Source: a virus
Lineage: Duplodnaviria > Caudoviricetes
IMG/VR virus record: IMGVR_UViG_3300032233_000422
Location: 1-44,941 of that record
Strand: one strand, 5' to 3'
Length of the DNA stretch: 44,941 nt
Each line of letters opens with the position of its first letter. The first letter of the stretch is position 1. A model generated the notes under the pieces. The model did not search any database, was not told where the DNA came from, and saw only the letters and a list, made by a program, of their open reading frames with translations. Positions 1-9,493 of this stretch are shown piece after piece. The translations under genes were made by a program, and so were the position numbers.

Positions 1-223
1 GCTTTTGCGTAAAGGACAGAGAATTATGACTATACGGATCTATTTCAAATACCACATAAAAAAGAAACTTGTGTCTAGGTGCTAGTCTAAATGTGTCGTC
101 AACAAAGAGTCTAGTGGCATGTTGCCAGTTGGCCATGTTTCCTTTGGGTTTTAGTATGCCTCCTACTAATCCCTGAAAGAAATTTGCGTCGCCTAAAAGA
201 TATCGTGTGAACTTATTTGCCAT
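1..223 (-). CDS. Partial gene (5' end), probable tail/baseplate protein downstream of tail tube
   Basis: Not in ORF track; manual translation from ATG at 223 is open to the window edge (MANKFTRYLLGDANFFQGLVGGILKPKGNMANWQHATRLFVDDTFRLAPRHKFLFYVVFE...); TAAATA box 5 nt upstream. Function inferred from position only. Confidence 0.65.
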   Translation of the reverse strand, partial: MANKFTRYLLGDANFFQGLVGGILKPKGNMANWQHATRLFVDDTFRLAPRHKFLFYVVFEIDPYSHNSLSFTQK

Positions 224-228
224 ACAAT

Positions 229-234
229 TATTTA
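229..234 (-). promoter_or_regulatory. T4-late-like promoter box (cATAAATA)
   Basis: Minus strand reads cATAAATA-attgt-ATG, just after the terminator. Confidence 0.65.
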
Positions 235-240
235 TGTCAC

Positions 241-265
241 AAAAAAACCCGACCTAAGCCGGGTT
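241..265 (-). terminator. Rho-independent terminator after sheath-tube operon
   Basis: Minus strand AACCCGGC-TTAG-GTCGGGTT followed by a T run, about 20 nt after the tube stop codon. Confidence 0.85.
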
Positions 266-283
266 CGTTTGAATCAATTAAGA

Positions 284-913
284 TTACGCTGCGCCTGGAG
301 TTAGTCCAGTAATAGCCTGTGTACCTGCTTGACGTCCAACTAGGGTACCTACACCAACTGTACCAGCTTCGTGCAACATGTTATCGAAACGAATTGTCAT
401 TGCGATTGTTGCTACTTCGTTAGTACCGTAGTTTAGATCACCGTAGTCAGTGTTTTGTAGGAAGCAACCAAAGCACTCAAATGTTTCAAGTACTTGTGGG
501 CCTAGAGCGCCGTTGCCGCCGTCTAGTACTTCAACACGGGTAGTGAACTTATAGTCAATACCGCTACGTGCAGAAGCCTGCTCCATGAAGTCAAATTGCT
601 TCTGGATTTGCTGACCAACTAGCTTAGTAACATTACCACTTGCGTCATCACGAACGTTTAACGCTAGTGTTTCAAAAGTGTACTTGCCACTTAGATAGAT
701 CTTGGAGTTGTAAACAGGAACTTCAATTTCTTCAAAAGCTACTTTAGGTCTTGTTACGTCGATTACCTGCTTGGTTAGTTCGGTACTAGCCTGTGTTCCG
801 AAGCCAAGCAATGTCACTCTGAAGCGATACTTCAGTTTAGGCATCAACATGCCCTGGTTTGTACCAGGACCTGCTGGGTTGATAGAATAATTATTTAATG
901 ATGTAATTGGCAT
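284..913 (-). CDS. gp19: Tail tube protein (T4 gp19-like)
   Basis: 209 aa directly downstream of sheath; tube-like pattern (PKLKYRFRV, VTRPKV.FEEIEV, LSGKYT, YK..VE.LDG, GCF..DYGDL.Y, TIRFDN); GGAG RBS. Confidence 0.85.
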   Translation of the reverse strand: MPITSLNNYSINPAGPGTNQGMLMPKLKYRFRVTLLGFGTQASTELTKQVIDVTRPKVAFEEIEVPVYNSKIYLSGKYTFETLALNVRDDASGNVTKLVGQQIQKQFDFMEQASARSGIDYKFTTRVEVLDGGNGALGPQVLETFECFGCFLQNTDYGDLNYGTNEVATIAMTIRFDNMLHEAGTVGVGTLVGRQAGTQAITGLTPGAA

Positions 914-929
914 TTCTTTGCTCCGTTAA

Positions 930-3900
930 TTAAATTTCACCAGTGTTCTTGATACGCACTGGGATGTAGATGAATTCAACTGCCTTAACTGGTTCAATCG
1001 CAATATCAACATACAACTCATTGCGGTCAATTCTGCTTGGAGTGTTGTTAGACTCGTCGCAAACTACAGCGAAGTCATATAGAGCACGTAGGCCAACTAA
1101 TTCAAGCAACAAGCTCTCTACTGCACCTTTGATTTCATCGCGGGTAATAGAGTCGTTTGGCTCAAACACATATGGACGAGCTAGTTTTGATAGCTGGCTT
1201 CTTAGATATACAACTAGACGAGCTACGTTGATTCTATCTAATGCACTAGCATTTCTAGCACGAGTCTTCTGACCGTATGCTACCAATCCTACTCCAACAA
1301 AGAACGGAATTGGATTTACTTTAAGATCGTATAGAACGTCTCGTGTACCTTGGTTCAACGCTACTGTTTGGAATTCACCGCTTAGTGCATCGATATAACC
1401 AACGCTGGTTGCGTTAGTAATACCACCACGTCTTGTACCTGCTGGAGCAAACCATGGATAGCTAACTTGGTCGCTTAGTGCGTATGTTTTCAACATCATG
1501 TGTGATGCTGGAACAACTGCTGCTGCACCGCTTAGATCGTTTGAGTAACCATTTGGATAGTAAACTGCACAGTACTCATCGTAGCTAACAATACCATCGT
1601 CACCGTTGTCTGTTACTAGAGCAGCATTAGTACCCCAGTTCAACAATGATGTAGCATCGCTTGGTAGACGCAATGGTGTGTCACCGATAACAAACGCTGT
1701 CATGCCACGGTCAATGTTCAAGCTGATCAAGTTCTGTAGTGTCTCTGGATACGCTGGAGCAGCAATCAAGTTAAAGTTTCTACGTTCTTCATCACGGATT
1801 TCTTGGCTGCTGTCAATGACTGCTTTCATAGCCTGTACAACAACTTTACGTTGTGCGTGACGTCCGAATGCTCCTGAACCGTCTTCGTTGTTACCGCTTT
1901 CTGTGGTCCAACGATCTGGCCAATAAGAACCTTGGCTCTGTCCTGACTGGAAGCTCAATCCACTTGGGCTACGTGAGTTGTCATAACGAGCATTGTCGTC
2001 ATTGACATTAAGGTAGTTATTTTGATACTTCTTAACGTTACCACCGCTAGCACGTAGGTTCCACATCAACATACCTTTTGGATATAGTGCTGGATCTGGA
2101 GCATCTGTGTCTAGGAAGTTACTTGCTAGTAATTCGGCAATTGTTCCGCTAGGAGCAACTGTTGCTGTACCACCGCTTGTGCCTTGACGAGCATCGGCAA
2201 ACAATACACCTTGATCAGTGATCTGGTCTGTTTTGTCAACTAATTTCCACTCTAAGTTTAGTCCGTCATACTTGTAAATTGTTGGGAAGTCTTCCATGTT
2301 AGCTGTGCTAATCCATAGATCACCGTTAACCAACGCTGTACCATCGCTTTGTTTTGTTGGCTGTGAAGCTGCAACAATAGGACCTGCTGGGTCAGTCTTC
2401 AATGCTGCTGAAGCATTGTAGTATGGGCTTGTTGTAGTTAGATAACCAACCCATGTGCTACCGTTGTGAACCATAATGTCAACTTCAGCAAAGCTGTTGT
2501 TGTACCATAGTTGTCCGTCTGTTGGCTCGTTTAATGGAGCGTCTGAACTTGCTGCAAAACCACTGTTGCTTTCATCTGCTAGAGGCATCCAGTTAGTGAT
2601 GATATAATCATCTGGAGCTTCTAATGGTGCTGTGTAGAAGTTAACTGTGCCTGCACCTGTTACAATGTTGTGAGGTGTAAACAATGCCGCTACAGGGTTT
2701 CCTGTACCGCCCGCATCAGTTAAACGAATCTCACCACCTGCTTTGTGTGTCAACGTAATTGTGTTATCTGCTGTAACTGCTGCTTCAATGTGATTTGTAA
2801 CTGCGTTACCATCTGTATCATTCATTGAAATAGAATTAATAGCCGCTGCTAGTGTTTCAGCATCTGTTGTTGCTGCCGCTGCTGTAAAGCTAACTGTAGT
2901 AGCTGCTGAAAGTGCTAGGCTACCTTTGATAGTTTGCTTGATAGTAAATGTCTTAGAACCAGCACTAAATGTACTTGCTGTAATTGCAGCTGATTCTGCA
3001 ACAGTAGCACCAGTAGTTGAACGTCTCCATAGACGGAAGCTGGCTTCGTTGAATGTTGTATCACGTGCATCTGGTGCTTCATCAACACCTACGTAGCTGA
3101 ACTGCTCTTCACCGTTAGACTGAATGTAGATACTATCCATTGGAATGTTTGCACCGCCACCGCTACGATCTAGGTAGTAGTTAGCTGCTGCACCACCTGC
3201 ATAAATTGGAGCATCATAAGCTACCCATGCACCAGTTGCAGAATTCCAACGCTTGACTCTCCAACGTGCTCCTTCGCCTGGCTCAGAAGCTTTGATCCAA
3301 ACAGAACCTGTTGGCTTTGGCTCGCTGTCAGCTGTTTTCCATTCTGGAACGCTGGTGTGCGGAGTAATTTGTAGTGTTGGGGGGAAGTACTCGCCCTGCT
3401 TAACACCGATAGAGCTAGCTGCTGCGGTAGCTGCAACAATAGTGCCAACGCTACCTGCGGCAAAAACAATACTACCAGAACTAGTAGAATCACCTAGTCC
3501 TTCTGTAGCACCATTGCTGTAGAAGTAAATTTTGTTGTTAACTATTTTAGCATATACGCCAGCACTACCGCCCATTGCGGTATTGATATCGCTGACTAAA
3601 CTTGCTGGGGTTGTACCAGTTGCGGTAACTAGTGTTCCGTTAACATAGAAGTTATCGCTAACTGTCCATGCACCTGTACCAGTAATTGTCTTAGAAGTAG
3701 TTGTTGGCCAGCTTGCTGCCCATCCACCACTACCAACTTTAACCCATGTACCTGCTGCTACTAGGCTACCGCTTTCGTTGTAACCGCCACCTGGGCTCTT
3801 GTAGAACATTCTTGCAAGTTCTTTGTTAACTGTACCAGTTTCAAATACTACGGCATAGTCGCCAATAGATCCAACGGAACCTTTTGGTACGTTAGATGTA

Positions 3901-4436
3901 ATTTTTGTTGTTGCATCAGCATCTGTAAGAACGATCGGCTCTTTCATTGTGAAACTTTGACCACCAGTTGTATCACCGGCTGCACCGTTCCATTCAAAAA
4001 TACCATATGATGTGCCGCGAGTATCAACCCACCATGCACCGTCATCCGGCTCACTACCTGGCTCAACTGGTGTGCCTTCTAGTTCGCTTAGATTTACATC
4101 AGCACGTACAATGAATGCACTTGCACTTACACCTAAGTAACTGTACGCAGCCAACAAACCGTATTCATTGCGTTCACTACCATGGATTGGTGTGTTGCTA
4201 GGTGTCTTTTCAAAGAAAGGTACACCAAACAAATCGCCTACGTCTTTCTGACTTGTTAATCTAAATGCCTTACCAGCATTTGCTTTTGTTGTCGCAGTAG
4301 CAGTACCTGTGCCTGCTCCATTGCTCTTATCTTGACCTGTGGCTACAACGATAAGAGGAGTCGTACCAGGTTCAGCTGGTGTATAAAAGCTCTCATCAAT
4401 TATCGTAACTTGTACGCCTGGGGAAACTAGTGCCAT
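930..4436 (-). CDS. gp18: Contractile tail sheath protein (T4 gp18-like) with large insertion
   Basis: MALVSPGV.V N-terminus; C-terminal PWFAPAG.RRG, RD.LY..VNPI, GQKT..SALDRINVARL, FEPND, VCDESNNTP..IDRNEL.VDI.IEP.KAVEFI; AGGAG RBS. Confidence 0.95.
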   Translation of the reverse strand: MALVSPGVQVTIIDESFYTPAEPGTTPLIVVATGQDKSNGAGTGTATATTKANAGKAFRLTSQKDVGDLFGVPFFEKTPSNTPIHGSERNEYGLLAAYSYLGVSASAFIVRADVNLSELEGTPVEPGSEPDDGAWWVDTRGTSYGIFEWNGAAGDTTGGQSFTMKEPIVLTDADATTKITSNVPKGSVGSIGDYAVVFETGTVNKELARMFYKSPGGGYNESGSLVAAGTWVKVGSGGWAASWPTTTSKTITGTGAWTVSDNFYVNGTLVTATGTTPASLVSDINTAMGGSAGVYAKIVNNKIYFYSNGATEGLGDSTSSGSIVFAAGSVGTIVAATAAASSIGVKQGEYFPPTLQITPHTSVPEWKTADSEPKPTGSVWIKASEPGEGARWRVKRWNSATGAWVAYDAPIYAGGAAANYYLDRSGGGANIPMDSIYIQSNGEEQFSYVGVDEAPDARDTTFNEASFRLWRRSTTGATVAESAAITASTFSAGSKTFTIKQTIKGSLALSAATTVSFTAAAATTDAETLAAAINSISMNDTDGNAVTNHIEAAVTADNTITLTHKAGGEIRLTDAGGTGNPVAALFTPHNIVTGAGTVNFYTAPLEAPDDYIITNWMPLADESNSGFAASSDAPLNEPTDGQLWYNNSFAEVDIMVHNGSTWVGYLTTTSPYYNASAALKTDPAGPIVAASQPTKQSDGTALVNGDLWISTANMEDFPTIYKYDGLNLEWKLVDKTDQITDQGVLFADARQGTSGGTATVAPSGTIAELLASNFLDTDAPDPALYPKGMLMWNLRASGGNVKKYQNNYLNVNDDNARYDNSRSPSGLSFQSGQSQGSYWPDRWTTESGNNEDGSGAFGRHAQRKVVVQAMKAVIDSSQEIRDEERRNFNLIAAPAYPETLQNLISLNIDRGMTAFVIGDTPLRLPSDATSLLNWGTNAALVTDNGDDGIVSYDEYCAVYYPNGYSNDLSGAAAVVPASHMMLKTYALSDQVSYPWFAPAGTRRGGITNATSVGYIDALSGEFQTVALNQGTRDVLYDLKVNPIPFFVGVGLVAYGQKTRARNASALDRINVARLVVYLRSQLSKLARPYVFEPNDSITRDEIKGAVESLLLELVGLRALYDFAVVCDESNNTPSRIDRNELYVDIAIEPVKAVEFIYIPVRIKNTGEI

Positions 4437-4467
4437 ATCGTTATCTCCTGAGTTAGTTCTCTCATAA

Positions 4468-4535
4468 TATTTAGCGCATACTAGGAAAAATGGGCACTTA
4501 TAGTATTAAGAAAAGGGGTAAAAAAGGTGTAAATA
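4468..4535. promoter_or_regulatory. Divergent pair of late-like TAAATA boxes
   Basis: TAAATA on minus strand at 4473-4468 (toward sheath) and on plus strand at 4530-4535 (5 nt before ATG 4541). Confidence 0.65.
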
Positions 4536-4540
4536 TCTGT

Positions 4541-4876
4541 ATGCGTCCACTTTGCAAATGCGGTTTGCGGCCTCGTGCGGTTAACTACAAGAAAAACAAC
4601 AGAGTCTACTATAGAAGTCTCTGTGAAATCTGTATGGCTCACGGAGTTAATCATAGAATACCCCGCTGGTTTAGAGCAGGGTATAGGATGAAGCCGCAGT
4701 GTGATCGTTGCGGATTTAAAAGTCTACACAAGGATCCGTTTAGAGTATTTCACATTGACGGCAATCTAGATAACTGTCGCCCTGCAAATTTAAAAACAGT
4801 CTGTGCTAACTGTGCTAGCGTTTTAGCCAAGGATGGTGTTAACTGGCGTCAAGGCGATCTCGTTGCTGACTATTAA
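4541..4876 (+). CDS. Cys-rich zinc-binding protein with degenerate HNH-like domain
   Basis: CKC, CEIC, CDRC, VFHIDGNLDN...NLKTVCANC; start moved from 4490 to ATG 4541 behind TAAATA. Confidence 0.7.
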   Translation: MRPLCKCGLRPRAVNYKKNNRVYYRSLCEICMAHGVNHRIPRWFRAGYRMKPQCDRCGFKSLHKDPFRVFHIDGNLDNCRPANLKTVCANCASVLAKDGVNWRQGDLVADY

Positions 4877-5476
4877 TTTTGCTTGGTTATACAAGTCGTC
4901 AATAGAACTGTTGTTGTCTACAATAACATCAAAGTCTGTGCCAACCCAAGCAGTTTCACTGGCGTGTATTTTCCGCATTTTTAAATCTTGTACTGCATAG
5001 TTGTGCCCTTGATTTGCGGCCACAGCAATATCGTACCAGTCAGGTAACGCACCACGTTGTACCCAAACAATAGTACCACCTGCACTACGGATACTAGATA
5101 TTTCATTTGGAAATCGGCAATCTGAAATTACCACGTTGTCTTTGCTGTTGCGGATTTTGTTTTCTAAACTGGCAATCCAGATATCATCGTGAAATGCTTT
5201 ACGGCAAACTTCAGTACCCCAGTATTGTAAGATCCATCTAGGAGTTAGTGTAGGCATTGCTAATCGTTCTGCCCACCAAGGATCAACTTGTTCTCGCCAC
5301 TCACGAGCTTCTTTAGTACGGCCTTCTAGTAGTGTACGATCCCAACCAAACACTGCGGCCACTGCATCTTTTAATGTATTAGCAAAACTTTCTCTTCGAA
5401 ACTCGTGAAAGTTAACTAGGTAGTCAGCAACAGTATCTTTGCCGCTGCCGATAAATCCGCATATTCCAATAATCAT
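4823..5476 (-). CDS. Deoxynucleoside monophosphate kinase (T4 gp1-like)
   Basis: P-loop GFIGSGKDT, SFA..LK, TPR.ILQ.WGTE, VISD.RF.NE, H.SE; start set at ATG 5476 with GGAG upstream. Confidence 0.9.
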   Translation of the reverse strand: MIIGICGFIGSGKDTVADYLVNFHEFRRESFANTLKDAVAAVFGWDRTLLEGRTKEAREWREQVDPWWAERLAMPTLTPRWILQYWGTEVCRKAFHDDIWIASLENKIRNSKDNVVISDCRFPNEISSIRSAGGTIVWVQRGALPDWYDIAVAANQGHNYAVQDLKMRKIHASETAWVGTDFDVIVDNNSSIDDLYNQAKLIVSNEIALTPVNTILG

Positions 5477-5496
5477 AATAGTCTCCAACTAAGACT

Positions 5497-5525
5497 ATTA
5501 TACTATACTAAACTACTAGGGTCAA
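5497..5525 (-). promoter_or_regulatory. Sigma70-type promoter for dNMP kinase
   Basis: TTGACC (5525-5520), 17-nt spacer, TATAAT (5502-5497). Confidence 0.8.
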
Positions 5526-6280
5526 CCTATTATGAATGAATAGCCTTGTCCGCCTGGTACTAGTTTCATTAGGTCGTCTGTGAGTTTTTCAAGTTCTGCT
5601 TGAGCTTCTGTTTTCATTGCGGCGCCATTTAATGCACTGCCGCCTTGTGGACCAGCAATTTGAGCAAACTTTTCACGTGCTTGTCCTAGCATCATTTTAC
5701 AGTTAGCTAGACTGTAGTCCTTGACCCACTGTCCTGCATAGACATCGCTGATGATTGCAAAGTCAGGTTTGGTATTGTAAACCCAAAGCATAATTTCTTC
5801 TTCGCCACGAGGACGTTGCATGATAGTTAGTTTATGGCTTTGTGGATTCCAATTGTAATTGATAAATGATCCAAACATCTTACCTACTAGTTCTTGATAC
5901 TGGGCAAATAGTTCATAGGTTAATAAGCCGCCCATGTTAGTCGATGATAGCAAATAGGTATTTGTATAAGCCATATTGAACGGCTCAAACACCGTGCCAC
6001 CACTACCGTTACCCGAGCGTGACCCAACACTTCTACGGTATATCTGTCGCACCTGCTGAATTTCTTTAGGTAAAATATATTCATTTTGGTCCTGTAATAA
6101 AGTTAAAAATGCATAACTTTCTTCTACAGAATTATCACTGCGTTGGCGGAAAACTGCCAAACTTCTATTTAGTGCGGTCTCGTAGTGAATAGGGTCTAGC
6201 TCAATATCAATCATGCCGTCGCCCAGCATGGCTTTGCAGTAGTCGTAGACGTCTTTTTTGGCTTGATCTATTTGGTTCAT
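5522..6280 (-). CDS. gp13: Neck protein (T4 gp13-like head-tail adaptor)
   Basis: LG...IDIEL...Y.A; W.KDY.LA..K..LG.AR.KF..I.GP.GG..LNG; adjacent to gp14/gp15-like genes. Confidence 0.85.
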   Translation of the reverse strand: MNQIDQAKKDVYDYCKAMLGDGMIDIELDPIHYETALNRSLAVFRQRSDNSVEESYAFLTLLQDQNEYILPKEIQQVRQIYRRSVGSRSGNGSGGTVFEPFNMAYTNTYLLSSTNMGGLLTYELFAQYQELVGKMFGSFINYNWNPQSHKLTIMQRPRGEEEIMLWVYNTKPDFAIISDVYAGQWVKDYSLANCKMMLGQAREKFAQIAGPQGGSALNGAAMKTEAQAELEKLTDDLMKLVPGGQGYSFIIG

Positions 6281-6285
6281 ACTGT

Positions 6286-6306
6286 TATTTATCGTAGCGG
6301 TAAATA
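6286..6306. promoter_or_regulatory. Back-to-back late-like TAAATA boxes
   Basis: Minus TAAATA 6291-6286 (5 nt to ATG 6280) and plus TAAATA 6301-6306 (7 nt to ATG 6314) in a 33-nt intergenic gap. Confidence 0.7.
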
Positions 6307-6313
6307 TATAACT

Positions 6314-7606
6314 ATGCCAAGACTAAGCCTCTACCGCCCAGAAAAGGGCAACGATTACAAATTTATTGATAAAAGCATCTGGGAAATGTTTCAGATTGGC
6401 GGTACTGATGTGCTGGTTCACAGATATCTAGGACCCGGGACAGCCACGCAAGGAAATACTCCTAGCACTCCTACCTACGATACAACAAATCCTACACAAA
6501 TACAGGATCTATTGTTTTTAGAAAACCGTGATCGAAAATACGATCCCGATGTTTATGTAATGCGTGGCGTCTATAACATGCAGGACATTGACTTTAATCT
6601 AAGTCAATTTGGATTATTTTTGCAGAACGATACCTTGTTTATGACCTTCCATATCAATGATACTGTGGAAAAATTAGGTCGTAAAATTATGGCAGGTGAT
6701 GTACTAGAATTACCGCATTTAAAAGATGAACATGCTCTCAATGATTTGCAATTTGCTCTTAAACGTTTTTATGTTATTGAAGAAGTTAGTCGAGCAGCAG
6801 AAGGTTTTTCAGTAACCTGGTATCCGCATCTATATCGTGCAAAATGCAAACCGTTAGTCGACAGTCAAGAATTTAAACAGATACTCGATGCGGTGCAAAC
6901 TGATGCAGAAGGCAATGCTACTAATACAAGTCTACGTGATATTATGTCTACGTATGAAAAAGAAATGCAGATCACTGCTGGAGTACTTGATCAAGCAGAA
7001 GCTGATGCTCCTAAGAGCGGGTACGATACCACTAAGTTTTATCATCTACAAAAAGGTCCAGACGGCCAAGCTCAGCTGCTATCTGCGGAATTAGAAAATA
7101 TTCATATTACCAACGACCAGCCACAGGCCACAGATGAAAACGGTGCTCCATTATTTGACACCGATGGCAATCCTATATACGCAGGTGTTACCGCTGATCA
7201 AACTTATCGGTCAATTGAACGCCAAGGCTACGGCACACTTAACGGTGGCACCGACAGTTGGCTAGATGATGCATTACCGGCCAATGGAGCAAAATTTACT
7301 TCAGGTATTGCATTTCCACCAAACCCGCAAGAGGGACAATTTGCTCTGCGTACAGATTATCTACCAACACGATTGTTTAGATACAGTGGTACACGGTGGA
7401 TTAAGATTGAGGACAATGTACGTATGACAATGAATAATCTAGGTTCTAGTGATGTTGGTTCGGGTGATAGGTTTGTGGGCAAAGATGTTAGACAAACACA
7501 AAAAGCAGATTTTATTAACAATACTAAAACAGCAACAATACAAGGTAAGGTTGTTAAAGAGAAACAGAGCTTGTCAAAAGCTCTTAGACCAGAGGCGGAC
7601 GAATAA
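6314..7606 (+). CDS. gp14: Neck/head-closure protein (T4 gp14-like) with C-terminal extension
   Basis: DLLFLENRDRKY, LSQFGLFLQND, GDVLELPHL, VIEEV; located between gp13- and gp15-like genes; start moved to ATG 6314 (MPRLSLYRPEK). Confidence 0.7.
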   Translation: MPRLSLYRPEKGNDYKFIDKSIWEMFQIGGTDVLVHRYLGPGTATQGNTPSTPTYDTTNPTQIQDLLFLENRDRKYDPDVYVMRGVYNMQDIDFNLSQFGLFLQNDTLFMTFHINDTVEKLGRKIMAGDVLELPHLKDEHALNDLQFALKRFYVIEEVSRAAEGFSVTWYPHLYRAKCKPLVDSQEFKQILDAVQTDAEGNATNTSLRDIMSTYEKEMQITAGVLDQAEADAPKSGYDTTKFYHLQKGPDGQAQLLSAELENIHITNDQPQATDENGAPLFDTDGNPIYAGVTADQTYRSIERQGYGTLNGGTDSWLDDALPANGAKFTSGIAFPPNPQEGQFALRTDYLPTRLFRYSGTRWIKIEDNVRMTMNNLGSSDVGSGDRFVGKDVRQTQKADFINNTKTATIQGKVVKEKQSLSKALRPEADE

Positions 7607-9483
7607 TGGATTTCTTTTACGACGGCCAGATACGCCGATATGTTACACAGTTTATGCGGGTATTTATTGGATTTAAGTATCAAGCAGGAGACGGGGAAGA
7701 AAGATTAGTCCCTGTTATGTATGGTGACCTTAGCAAACAGGTAGCTAGTATCATTAAAGAAAACAGTGAAAACAAAATGCCTACGGTTCCAAGAATTTCT
7801 TGTTATATCACAGGGTTAGAATTAGACACTAGTAGACTAGCAGATTCAACATTTGTCAGCAAGATGCAGGTAAGAGAACGTACTTACGAAGATGTCAATG
7901 GAAAACGTGTCTACGGTAACGAACAAGGTGCTGGTTATACTGTTGAACGACTGATGCCTACACCTTTTAAACTAAAAGTCAAAGCAGATATCTGGACATC
8001 GAACACAGATCAAAAATTGCAACTGCTAGAACAAATATTGATTTTATTTAACCCAAGTCTAGAAGTACAGACCACTGACAACTATATCGACTGGACCAGT
8101 CTTAGTGTAATCTATCTCAGCAGTACCAGCTTTAGTTCTAGAACTATTCCTCAAGGTGCTGCTGAAGATATTGATATTGCCAGTTTAGAATTTGAAATGC
8201 CTATCTATATTACACCGCCTGCCAAGGTCAAGAAGCTTGGCGTTGTTCGTGCTGTGGTACAAAATATGTTTAACAACACCGGCGATGCTGTTAATATCAA
8301 CAACTTAATTTACAACGAAGGCGATATTCAAAATACCGTTGAATACAAACGCTATGGTATTGTCATGCTCAAAGGCAACAACGGAGTTGCTGGTGATTAT
8401 TATATTACTATTGTTGATGCCGGACAGGCTGTGATTGACGCAGGATTGGATTTGCCTCCAGAGAAGATTGGCAAAAAGTTAGATTGGCAGTTGGTATTAG
8501 ATCAGTATGGTGGTTATAAGGCCGGTGTTAGTCGCATTACTTTTAAAACTCCGCGCGGCGATATTGTTGGCACAATAACTGTGAATCCTATTGATCCAAC
8601 AATATTAGTGGCTAGTTTAGATATGGACACAGTTCCCGGAAATACAGAATTAACCGCAGGAACATATCCAGACGGTACTGTTTACAATAGCATTAGGTCA
8701 ACTAGCAAAGGAACAATGGATGCAATTATTAATCCTTTTAATTTTAATCCGTTAACAACTTATGGAACTAAAGCAAATTATCCAGCAGGTCTAAGATATT
8801 TAATGTTAGATGATTTAAATTTATTCTTGGCTCCTAAATTAGCTCCAAGTATTGCTACAAATATCATAGACACCGATATAGACTTTTATAGAATAACTAG
8901 ACCCAATCAAAGAGAAAAAGCCAGTGCTACTAATCTTCCTAGAAGTTATAGTAATATTTTTGAAACCAAAGTATTTGTTAATGGTGTTTCTGTGGCATTT
9001 ACTGAAGTTGAGGATGGCGGAAAGTTTCAAACATTTAATAGCCAAAGCTATAGAACAGAATCTGGAAAATATAAAATACGCTTAAATGAATTTCCTCCAT
9101 TAGAAGACGGAAACGGAAATGCCAGTGTTGTCAAGTATGTTATAGAACGCTATACCTATCCAGACTGGTATACTGAAGGTGATGATCCAGATACCGAAAC
9201 CGTAGAAACTAATGTATACTTGCCAGGTAAGCCCGAGCGTAGTAGTGGTCCGGAAGCATGGAAAAATCTAGATGGTTCAGATACCTACATCAAAGCCAAT
9301 AGTATTATAGAATGGAATGGCAGTCGTTGGGTTCCGGTATTTGATCCTGAGGAAATCACCACTAACATATTCATCACTAACCTAAGAACTGGTATACAAT
9401 ATAAGTGGGACGGTGTGCAGTGGCTTAAGAGTTTTGAAGGCGAGTATCTGCCAGGTTCATGGAGATTAACGCTAAATCCTTGA
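7606..9483 (+). CDS. gp15: Tail terminator / sheath stabiliser (T4 gp15-like) with long C-terminal extension
   Basis: FFYD.QIRRY..QF..F, VPV.YG, PRIS..ITGLE.D..R, P.P..L....IW.....Q.LQLLEQI...FNP; TAATG coupling to upstream gene. Confidence 0.85.
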   Translation: MDFFYDGQIRRYVTQFMRVFIGFKYQAGDGEERLVPVMYGDLSKQVASIIKENSENKMPTVPRISCYITGLELDTSRLADSTFVSKMQVRERTYEDVNGKRVYGNEQGAGYTVERLMPTPFKLKVKADIWTSNTDQKLQLLEQILILFNPSLEVQTTDNYIDWTSLSVIYLSSTSFSSRTIPQGAAEDIDIASLEFEMPIYITPPAKVKKLGVVRAVVQNMFNNTGDAVNINNLIYNEGDIQNTVEYKRYGIVMLKGNNGVAGDYYITIVDAGQAVIDAGLDLPPEKIGKKLDWQLVLDQYGGYKAGVSRITFKTPRGDIVGTITVNPIDPTILVASLDMDTVPGNTELTAGTYPDGTVYNSIRSTSKGTMDAIINPFNFNPLTTYGTKANYPAGLRYLMLDDLNLFLAPKLAPSIATNIIDTDIDFYRITRPNQREKASATNLPRSYSNIFETKVFVNGVSVAFTEVEDGGKFQTFNSQSYRTESGKYKIRLNEFPPLEDGNGNASVVKYVIERYTYPDWYTEGDDPDTETVETNVYLPGKPERSSGPEAWKNLDGSDTYIKANSIIEWNGSRWVPVFDPEEITTNIFITNLRTGIQYKWDGVQWLKSFEGEYLPGSWRLTLNP

Positions 9484-9493
9484 TAAGTATTGG

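Noticed and set aside
284-9483. Bacterial contractile injection system or tailocin
   Set aside because: Capsid fragment, neck genes, dNMP kinase and late promoters indicate a genuine phage
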